From Chrysomallon squamiferum (Eukaryota; Animalia; Mollusca), in NCBI GenBank assembly GCA_012295275.1, contig CM022675.1:7254001-7318000 (forward strand): a stretch of 64,000 nucleotides of DNA, written 5' to 3'. Shown here piece by piece: positions 55,052 through 64,000 of this stretch. The notes below the pieces were generated by a model that searched no databases, had not been told where the DNA came from, and was given only the letters and a program-made list of their open reading frames with translations. The position numbers and the translations under genes were made by a program. Numbering within the stretch: position 1 is the first letter of the stretch; each line of letters starts with the position of its first letter.

Positions 55052-55282
55052 ATGGTAAAGAAAGTCCACCCCCTCCACCACCAGATGTCGCCCAGAACGA
55101 TCTGATGATTCGACTGGGTCTGTTGCTAGGCGAGCGTAGCCATAACAACGAGAGGATACACCAGATGAACCAGGTTGCCAACCAGACTGAGGAAACATTT
55201 ACCAGCGTCTCCTCCCTAGGCAGCAGTGGAACCACCCCAGAGAGGGGACTGTCTGACACCAGTCCCATGTCAACACTCACAG
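55052..55282 (+). CDS. TANC2: TANC/rols-like gene, linker exon (poly-Pro, RLGLLLG motif)
   Basis: ATTTCAG| acceptor and CAG|GTAAAA donor. DGKESPPPPPPDVAQNDLMIRLGLLLGERSHNNERIHQMNQVANQTEETFTSVSSLGSSGTTPERGLSDTSPMSTLT. 231 nt, phase 1-1. Confidence 0.87.
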
Positions 55283-55384
55283 GTAAAACACGACGCCCTG
55301 AAACTGTCAGCAGAACTGTCCCTTATTGTCTGTCTTATATCACTCACAGGTGTAATGCCTAACCTCTGACCCACCCTGTACTCA

Positions 55385-55790
55385 ACTGGAATCACTCCTG
55401 ACTAAAAGGGGTTGGAGGGGGTATCTGATGTCTGTATCATGTCAACGCTTACATCTTCCCTGAAATCAGTGGAACCACCACTGAAATTCACTTTACAAAC
55501 TTTATATGCAACTAATACTAACATACCTTACCTTATCCCCACCCTAAGGTGATTGAAACCCCCACTGAAATAGATATTAGAAACTATACCTTATCAACAG
55601 TTAATACTAACACACCTCATCTTATCAACAATTAATACAGACACATCCTACCTTACCACACACTGCAAGATGATTGAAACCCCCACTGAAATAAACATCA
55701 GGAACTGTCCTTTATCAACAGTTAATACAGACACACCTCACCTTATCCCCACCCTACAAAGTCACTGGAACCACTACTAATACAGTTTTA
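55385..55790 (+). repeat. Degenerate repeat downstream of exon 55052-55282, partly exon-derived
   Basis: CAGTGGAACCACC at 55224 (exon) and 55467 (intron); GATTGAAACCCCCACTGAAATA at ~55551 and ~55672. Confidence 0.75.
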
Positions 55791-56394
55791 TCTTTTACAA
55801 CCATTACAAGTCCTCTGTCCCATCATTAATTGAGACAAAATGTTTGACTGAGATCAGTCCTTCCCTGTTCAGATCAGTAGAAACATGATAAGATATCTTT
55901 ATCAGACAAAACTTTCTAATGTTTTCTATTTCATCATTGTTAAAACTGGAAATCATTTATTCATTCATTTGTCATTTCATTTCAAACATGAGTGAAAAGT
56001 AGAGTAAGGGAGATAACTCAATTTATTTTAGATTTGAGATTTTATGTTTATTTTTATTTATTTATTTTTTTTTTTTTTTTTTAAATTCATTGTATTATTT
56101 GTATTTTAAAATTATTTTTCAATTTAGTTTTATTTAATATATTTATTTTTAACAATTTTTTATAATGAATTTTTTTTTATTTATCATTTTTTGTTTTTTC
56201 TTAATTTTTCCATATTATTTTTCTAATTAAATTTTTAAAATTTACTTTGATTTTATACGTGTACATTTGACTTAAAGTTAAGTTAATTTAAATTTTTTCA
56301 GTTTAGTTATGTCTTTAGATTATGTAATTGTTATGTTGGAATTTTTTATAAGCATATGTGTTTGTATCCATTTTAATTTATGTTCATTTTTAAA

Positions 56395-56431
56395 TTTTAT
56401 TTAATTATTTTAATTTAGTTATGTGTTGGAT

Positions 56432-56474
<43 letters not shown>

Positions 56475-56651
56475 ATATTTCTTTATTGTCTTATTTTATA
56501 TTTATTTTTGTCTATTTCAAAATTTATTTTATTTTATTTTTTTAATTTAGTTATGTGTTGGATGTGTGTGTTTATTATGTTATTTTATATTTATTTTTGT
56601 CTATTTATTTCAAAAATTTATTTTGTTATTTTTTATTCAGTTATGTGTTGG

Positions 56652-56702
<51 letters not shown>

Positions 56703-56784
56703 GTGTGTGTTTGCTTATTATGTTATTTTTTTTTTATTTTTGTCTGTTTATTTTTAAAACTTTATTTTGTTATTTTTGATTCAG
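56395..56784 (+). repeat. Tandem duplication of the acceptor region of exon 56785, with (TG)n inserts
   Basis: Three ...TT(T/C)AG|TTATGTGTTGGAT junctions (AG ending 56418, 56550, 56640) precede the homologous real acceptor (AG ending 56784). Confidence 0.85.
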
Positions 56785-56955
56785 TCTCGTCTGGCAGTGA
56801 TAAAGGTGTGCAGTGTGTGCAGGTCGCTCAGAACTCATTGTTTCCCAGTGGCAGTCGCGAACTCAGTTCCGACAGCATGACATCGCTCATGAGCACAAGC
56901 ACCGGGCACAGTGCCAGTCCCCTGGGCACTGCTCAGAGGCCACACTCAATTACAA
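56785..56955 (+). CDS. TANC2: TANC/rols-like gene, Ser-rich linker exon
   Basis: GATTCAG| acceptor and CAA|GTAAGA donor. VSSGSDKGVQCVQVAQNSLFPSGSRELSSDSMTSLMSTSTGHSASPLGTAQRPHSIT. 171 nt, phase 1-1. Confidence 0.85.
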
Positions 56956-58121
56956 GTAAGACTCATAGACCATTTTCTGTTGTGAGTAAAAAAAAATGGA
57001 GAGACCAGTTTCTTATTCATGTATGAAATAAAGGCCGATTTGTGACTCTCGCTTTCTAATATGACTGATAGACCCTATTACATTGTGATAGAGCAGCTAT
57101 ATTTTTATTTTCTATTTTACAGATCATTTTTCCACTATATGTAGAAATAAACCCTATTGTGTTATGATAGATTGACTGAATATTCTTTATTATAATTTTC
57201 TGTTACATAGGTAATGTAGAGACTCTTCTGTTATAAGTAATTCAAAGAGTGTTTATTAAGTTGTATAATACACAGACCATTTTTCTGTTAGTATTATATA
57301 TATGACAACTCATATTCATGAGACAGAAACTATTCTATTACATGAAAAACACTTGAGAAATTTTCTGTTTATATATATATATATGACATATATTGATATA
57401 GATATTTTTGTGTTATACATAGGACTATTTACATCATCTATTATATGCAATATTGAGAGTATTTTCTTTTATACATGATACATTCCATTTTCTACAATAT
57501 AAATTAAACAGACCATTTTCGTTCATAAACATGACACACAAACTTTGTGTTTTATAACTTCTTATTAAGAAATAAATGCTTTCTGTTGCATGTACAATAC
57601 TGAGACCATTTTCTGTCCTGAATGTGACACCCAGATTAAACAAAATGGAGTATGAATGTTACAGAGGGACCATGCATTGCTTGCTTGTGACCCAAAGCTC
57701 TATTCTGAGATGTTATTGTGTTAAGAAAAGTGATGTAAACAAACTCATTGTTCTGAATTCCATGAGAATAACCCTCATAGTGTTTACTGTTATTTGTTTT
57801 TTTTTTCATATTATTATACCACAAGAGACACTAAATAGCTTTTTATATTGAATTATGCTGTGATGCAAAACAATTGTAGAGTTATTTTTCTGGAAAATGT
57901 TTTGTTTAGTTAATTGATGTTGGTAGTTCCCTCTATCATACCTAGAAATTAAATAACAGAATTACACATTTCATATGTAAAAATGTTTTTATAATCTGTT
58001 GAGTAGATACTAACCAAACCATTTTGTTCATTCATTTATTTATATAATGTATTTGTTGTAACACTTTTTTCTTCATTGTTTTTCTCTTCTTCTTCTTCTT
58101 ATTTTATTGTTACTATTTTTA

Positions 58122-58163
<42 letters not shown>

Positions 58164-58343
58164 TTTATTGTCATCATTTATTTATTTATTTATTAATTTT
58201 ATTAATTTTATAAATTTAGAAAAACATAAGAGAAAAAAGAATTATGTATGTGTTTATTGTTTATTTTATTTTTAAAGAAAAAAATATATTATTTTGTTTT
58301 ATTTTATTTATTAATTTATTTAATTTAAATTTATTTATCAGTT

Positions 58344-58387
<44 letters not shown>

Positions 58388-58450
58388 TATTCATTCATTT
58401 GATTCATTCACACTGCTAATTTATAATTTTATGTGTTTTCCTGTGTTCAG

Positions 58451-58552
58451 CGTCCATGCCTGGTGCTATAGAGGAGTTACCGCTGTTTGGAAAACGTCGC
58501 TCATCTCTAAGACGATCAGCGAGAGCAACAGTGGCACACTCAGACGGAAAAG
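58451..58552 (+). CDS. TANC2: TANC/rols-like gene, exon preceding the NTPase region (absent from ORF track)
   Basis: CTGTGTTCAG| acceptor and AAG|GTAAAT donor. TSMPGAIEELPLFGKRRSSLRRSARATVAHSDGK. 102 nt, phase 1-1, in frame with both neighbours. Confidence 0.85.
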
Positions 58553-58626
58553 GTAAATTTTATTTTCTTGTGTCTGTCTGTCTGTAAATTTTCTTTCTTG
58601 TGTCTGTCTGTATGTGTGTGTGTGTG

Positions 58627-58627
<1 letters not shown>

Positions 58628-58683
<56 letters not shown>

Positions 58684-58806
58684 GAGAGAGGTAGAGAGAG
58701 AGAGAGAGAGAAAGAAAGAAAGAATGAGAAAGAGAGAGAGAATGAGAGAGATAGAGAGAGAGAATGAGGAGACAGAGAGAGAATGAGAGAGAGAAAGAAT
58801 GAGAAT

Positions 58807-58838
<32 letters not shown>

Positions 58839-58925
58839 AAATGAGAGAGAGAGAAAATGAGAGAGAGAGAATGAGAAAGAGAAAAATGAGAGAAAAAAAG
58901 AGAGAATGAAGAGAAAGAAAAGAAA

Positions 58926-58957
<32 letters not shown>

Positions 58958-59013
58958 AGAGAGAGAGAGAGAGAGATAATGAGAGAAATGAGAGAACGAG
59001 AGAGAGAGAGAGA
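58628..59013. repeat. (GA)n-rich polypurine tract
   Basis: Directly visible. Confidence 0.95.
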
Positions 59014-59673
59014 GGGTACGTAAGTAGGTGAGTATGTGTTTTTTCTTCACATAAAATCATAGCACAACACATGCACAAGTCTGTTTCTAAAAACTGTACA
59101 CACTTCTAAATTTTAATCAGTCTGTCTGTAGGTGTGGGTGTGTGTCTAAGTCTAATAATTACTTCTGTTGTATGTTTTATTTAACATTTTATCACAGTTC
59201 TAAGACAGTCAGAATGGATTTAAGTTACATGAGATGTCTGTGCACTTTGTCTCTGTCAGAAGACAATACTCACACTGCACACACACCAATTAAATAATGT
59301 AACTAAAATACACTCTGGTCATCTTAGAACAGTGATAAAATATATATATATATTGTCACACATATTTTTATTGTACATTACTAACATATAACAGTGACGT
59401 CTATAGTATAATATATTTGCACTTCTGAAAAATGTTATCTTATTATATTAATGATGTTGTAAATTAATATTTTCTCTATAGATTATTAACAAAACTTAAT
59501 TCTTTCAAGCTAATTTTAATATTCAAAGTTAATATTTATACCAAACCTGCCTAAAAATTTTTTTAAACTTAACAAACTAACTTTAGACAACTAGCTGCAG
59601 GTAAAATTTCATAGCTCCGTGAACTTTGACCCCTGCATTGTTTAACTTACCTTGATGATACTAATTTTTACAG

Positions 59674-59718
59674 GTAGTCGAGGTCGAGGCCCTCGATACA
59701 CTATTCGTCCCAAGCCAG
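59674..59718 (+). CDS. TANC2: Probable 45-nt cassette microexon (GSRGRGPRYTIRPKP)
   Basis: TACTAATTTTTACAG| acceptor and CAG|GTAGTT donor. Frame-preserving, phase 1-1, four CpG-containing Arg codons in CpG-poor flanks. Confidence 0.58.
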
Positions 59719-59769
59719 GTAGTTACCATAGTTATGTAGTGTGTTCGCCTGCTGGTTCAAATGTCTATT

Positions 59770-60430
59770 TGGCTTTTGAATACAATATTATTTGCCTCGT
59801 GGTTACAATGTTATTTGCCTCATGGATACAGTGTTTTTTGCCTCTTGAATTTATTATTATTTGCCTCATGGTTACAGTGTTATTTGCCTCTTGGTTACAG
59901 TTTCATTTGCCTCATGGTTACCTTGTTTATATGCCTGTTATTATCCATTGGTTACAGTATTTCATCAGTTTTTCTTATTTGCCTCTTAATAGCAGTGTTA
60001 CATTATTATGTGCATTTTCCTTTTTTTGGTTAAATCCATGTTTTTTACATTCCTGGTTATATTGCGTTTGTGTCCTTTGTTTCTGTATGATTTGATATTT
60101 TGATATCTGCCCTTTTTGGTTACAGTAATAATATGTTCCTTTTTCCTAATGTTACCTCTGTTGGTTACATTTTTACATGTAAATATTTGTTTCCATCATT
60201 TTTTGTGCATGAACCCTTTTTGGTTACAAAACCCCATATATATGTCATGTACTTTCTTCAATTACAGTATTAAATGCATATTTATCTGTACACTTTTTAG
60301 TTACTTCAATACATATATATCTATATATACCTTCATTGGTTACATTACTACATGTATATGTATATATACCCTTGTTGGTTACATTAATACATATATATTT
60401 GTATATGTATACTCTGTTTGGTTACATTAA
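59770..60430 (+). repeat. ~23-bp repeat TTATTTGCCTCATGGTTACAGTG, decaying distally into TTGGTTACA cores
   Basis: About 8 good copies at 59785-59990, then degenerate ones. Confidence 0.85.
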
Positions 60431-62007
60431 TACATGCAAATGCATGAACCATTTTAATATGTGTATGTAACCTAGTTTGTTACACTAGCACATATATTTC
60501 CCTATTTGTTTTGCTTACTGTATTATCTTTGTGTATGCATTTTTCAACTTACAATTTGTATGTTTTGACTACATTGATATATGCATACAAATGTGATATT
60601 ATTTTGTTTGTTGCCTTGTTTTAAACAAGTTCAGTATGAAACCTTTGTTTTGTCTGTGTGTGTGTGTGTGTGTGTAAATGAATATGAGAAAGAGAGAAAT
60701 GAGGAAAATAGAAAAGGAGAGAGAGTGAGAAAGAAAAGAGATAGGGAGGGAGGGAGAGAGTGAGGAGTGAGAGAGAGAATGATAGATTGAGTGAGTGAGT
60801 AAAATTATTGATGGCCACTTAACAAACTTTATATTCTTCAGGACTGATATCAGTGAATTTGTCTCTTTTGGTTTTCATTTTTAAGTTTATTTGCATGTAC
60901 AAAAATGTGTCCCTGCATCAGTTATATCTTCCATAATTATTTATTTTCATTTGCATATGGTGATTCTGTCTATTTTATCTTTTTATTTTATCTGTTTTAT
61001 TATATAATATGTAAGATTTACTAACTAGCAAAAGAAAAAAGAAAAAAAAAATTTCTTCTTTTGATCTGAGTGTATTATAATTTATATACACATTCTAGAG
61101 TTTGTTTTAAATTCTTTAATTATGAAACATTCTTAATGCAAAATGAATTTCCTTTTTTTTTCCCATGGATAATGTGGATTAAACCAGTTTTTTCAGATTT
61201 AAAATGAGTCTAAATAGTTTATTTCTTAGTTTAGTTGTATATTGGAATTTTAATGTTATGTCTTTCAGTATTGGCATGTTAAAAAATCCATTGTATTAAT
61301 TCAAGTGTGTAAAATACAAATTGCATGTACCTGGTATGATATCAGTGTATTATGTTATTATATATATTACAATAAATATATTCAGTGTATTGTATATATG
61401 TATTAGGATACTTTATTGTAACAAAATTTGAAATGTTAATGATATATATTTTTTTTTGAAAGATGGCAACTTAAATGTAATTGTTGTGATATATGACTGT
61501 GATAAAAGGTGCAATTTTGTGTAGTCTGTGTTTGTGAGTGTGTGTGTGCGCATGTCTGTGTGTATGTGTGTGTGTGCACGCATATCTGTGTGTGTGAGTA
61601 TGTCTGTATTGTTATAAACAAGGCTTACATTTTACAACAAAAATGCTATGATGTTTATAAAACTTGTATTAATGATTTAATCTTGTAATTTTTTGGAAAT
61701 AAATTATTTTTCAACAACCATAAATCCAGAAAGAACATGAATGTTTAAACTGAACAGAATTATAATTTACCACAATTAAACAATTTACTCTTTGTTAGCA
61801 TATAAAGTAATAAACCCAATCGATCCAAACCCAGATAAAAAAAAAGAATTTACAAGTATGATAAAACATTATCACTGAATCTTCAACCTATCTCATGCAA
61901 AATTTCTTCCTCAAAGTTTTATTTACTTACTTACTTACTTACTTACATACTGACTTAGTCACTGTCTTATTTACAAACTTATTTACTTACTTATTTGTTT
62001 ATTTCAG

Positions 62008-62129
62008 TGAGATTCACACCTATAAGACCTCCACAGCTGCGAATGTCGCCAATAACGTTTGAAATACCTCACCAAGCTGGTAAACCAGTTTTCATTGGTC
62101 GAGAGTGGCTCTACTCAGAAATAGAAATG
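62008..62129 (+). CDS. TANC2: TANC/rols-like gene, pre-P-loop exon
   Basis: ATTTCAG| acceptor and ATG|GTATGG donor. VRFTPIRPPQLRMSPITFEIPHQAGKPVFIGREWLYSEIEM matches the TANC-type VRFxPxRPP...FE(V/I)P...F(V/I)GRxW motif. Phase 1-0. Confidence 0.93.
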
Positions 62130-62136
62130 GTATGGT

Positions 62137-62137
<1 letters not shown>

Positions 62138-62227
<90 letters not shown>

Positions 62228-62290
62228 GTCTGTCTTCTCCATATGTGTATCATTCTTTCTCTGTTTTATCTATTTTTCCATTTGTATAAG

Positions 62291-62376
<86 letters not shown>
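62138..62376. repeat. Two (CT)n microsatellites immediately after the 62130 donor
   Basis: Directly visible. Confidence 0.95.
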
Positions 62377-62381
<5 letters not shown>

Positions 62382-62748
62382 ATCTCTGCAACCTCTTTCT
62401 TTCTCACTCTGTCATAAAATAATAAAGTTCATAAAATATATTTCAGCCAATTGTTAGCATCCCAAATTGTTTCACAAAAAAAACAAATAAACTAATCAAA
62501 TGAAGGCACATAAATTTAACATTTGAACTATTCATTCATAACACCATACATAGATAAACATTAACATCAAAACAGTAAAAAAAAATAAAAAAAATAAAAA
62601 AAATGTACAATAAACTTTATAAATTATATTTCAGCTGTGTGTATTTTTACAAATTGGTTTAAATCTGACATTACATACATTCACCAGTGGACAAGACAAT
62701 TTTCAAATTTTTTTTTTTTTATTTAAAAATGAAAATTGTGAATTTCAG

Positions 62749-62890
62749 GTGCTAAATGGTGATGAGAAGACAAGGAGTCGCGGGGTCGTCATCCAGGGCC
62801 ACATCGGCAGTGGGAAGACGGCAATAATAGAACAACTTGTCGACTACAGCTGCTTCGGCGATGGGAAGGGTGGTATCGTCTGTAATGGAG
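62749..62890 (+). CDS. TANC2: TANC/rols-like gene, Walker A (P-loop) exon (absent from ORF track)
   Basis: AATTTCAG| acceptor and GAG|GTCAGT donor. VLNGDEKTRSRGVVIQGHIGSGKTAIIEQLVDYSCFGDGKGGIVCNG contains GxxGxGKT. Phase 0-1. Confidence 0.94.
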
Positions 62891-62940
62891 GTCAGTGTTT
62901 TAAAAAAAAATAAATAAATAAATAAAAAAAAAAAAAATAA

Positions 62941-62975
<35 letters not shown>

Positions 62976-63094
62976 AATAAATAAATAACATAAATAATAA
63001 TTAATTAAGTAAATAAATTTTAAAAATTAACAGATTAGTTTGATGGTTTGAATTCTTGGATTATAGAGTTTATACTTGTCATAGCACATTTACT

Positions 63095-63262
63095 GATCCT
63101 CTACTACCTATGGGAAGGCGTACATCTAAGATGCCTTACTGCTAATTTAAACTAGTCCATCCTCATAAAGCAGCACTGGGTCTCTTCCTTTTGTTGTTTT
63201 GAAAAGGGTACTGAGTATAACCATTGATTAAAAATGTCTTAGTAAAATGTGTTTAATTAAAG
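63095..63262. mobile_element. Degenerate copy of a dispersed (possibly SINE-like) repeat
   Basis: TATGGGAAGG...TTACTGCTAA at 63109-63145 recurs at 25052-25088, and a related reverse-complement segment lies at ~35139-35180. Family identity is not established. Confidence 0.4.
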
Positions 63263-63285
63263 ATTTGTTTAGAATTTAAACGAGC

Positions 63286-63323
<38 letters not shown>

Positions 63324-63547
63324 AATAGAATAATAAATTCAGTTTCACAGTGATAAAATCTTTTCTTTGAATAGATTTTATTCTTTTTTCAAAAGAAATA
63401 GAAACAAGGTTTCAGTTTAATGCTAGCAAAACTGATTTCACTATTCTCACGATGCATTTTTTGTACATGTTAGACTTTAATTTAACAAGATATTATAATA
63501 CAGAATCACAGAAATTTATTTCAAATTCGCTTCACTTTAAACTTCAG

Positions 63548-64000
63548 ATTTACACAATGGTATCAATCACAGCCCTACAGCAACCATGACGTCATCTCCG
63601 CGATCTAGTCCACACTCCAACCTCAGCGCTTCGTCTCAGAATCTCAACTACGACTCCCTCAAGAGCCTCGGCTCCCAGGTGATCGCCTACCACTTCTGCC
63701 AGGCAGACAACAACGTCACGTGCATGGTGCCTGACTTCGTCCACAGCGTGGCGGCGCAGATGGCGCGCTGCCCGCGCCTTGCAGCCTACAGGAACCTCTT
63801 GCTGCAGGAACCCCAGCTACAGCAGCTTCTCAGCCTGAAGGAGTGCATTCAGAACCCGTCGTTGTCGTTCGTTAAGGGGATTCTCGAGCCTCTGAGGACG
63901 CTGAGAAACAACGGGAAAATCCACTCAGACAGCTGCCTCGTTCTGGTGGACTCGCTGAACGAGGCCGAGTTCCACAAGCCGGACTACGGAGACACGATAG
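63548..64000 (+). CDS. TANC2: TANC/rols-like gene, NTPase-domain exon (runs off the window end)
   Basis: ACTTCAG| acceptor. Open frame DLHNGINHSP...LGSQVIAYHFCQADNNVTCMVPDFVHSVAAQMARCPRLAAYRNLLLQEPQLQQLLSLKECIQNPSLSFVKGILEPL...CLVLVDSLNEAEFHKPDYGDTI. YHxCQADN and LNEAEFHKPDYGDTI are TANC-family signatures. Symbol denotes the family; TANC1 vs TANC2 is not resolvable for an invertebrate-type gene. Confidence 0.96.

Noticed and set aside
55029-55280. Minus-strand ORFs over exons (also 62752-62991)
   Set aside because: Antisense shadows of GC-rich + strand TANC exons.
59647-59656. U12-type branch-site-like TTACCTTGAT before the microexon
   Set aside because: The upstream donor (GTAAAT) is U2-type and no (G/A)TATCCTT donor was found nearby, so a minor-class intron is unsupported.
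59652-60095. 147-aa ORF as an independent gene
   Set aside because: Only 15 codons (the microexon) look coding; the remainder is the 23-bp repeat.

Overview
Eukaryotic, very AT-rich, microsatellite-saturated animal genomic DNA; it looks invertebrate and mollusc-like, but that is inference only. The window holds the 5' part of one large + strand gene, a TANC1/TANC2 / Drosophila rolling pebbles (rols) family member. I could splice nine in-frame coding exons by hand (15071-15241, 16564-16752, 54180-54371, 55052-55282, 56785-56955, 58451-58552, 62008-62129, 62749-62890, 63548->64000), plus a probable 45-nt cassette microexon (59674-59718) and a candidate upstream coding exon (8828-8933). They encode a C3HC4 RING finger, a Ser/Pro-rich linker and the start of the P-loop NTPase domain (Walker A GHIGSGKT, YHFCQADN, Walker B-like LVDSLNEAEFHKPDYGDTI). 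A 37.4-kb intron separates the RING module from the rest. Almost all ORF-track entries are microsatellite artefacts. The most unusual signal is that several exon junctions are flanked by tandem repeats built from the junction sequence itself. The clearest case is an array of about 26 copies of a 41-bp 3'-splice-site unit ending exactly at the RING exon acceptor. Only the last copy carries a C>T change, which gives a YTRAY branch point and an in-frame stop.
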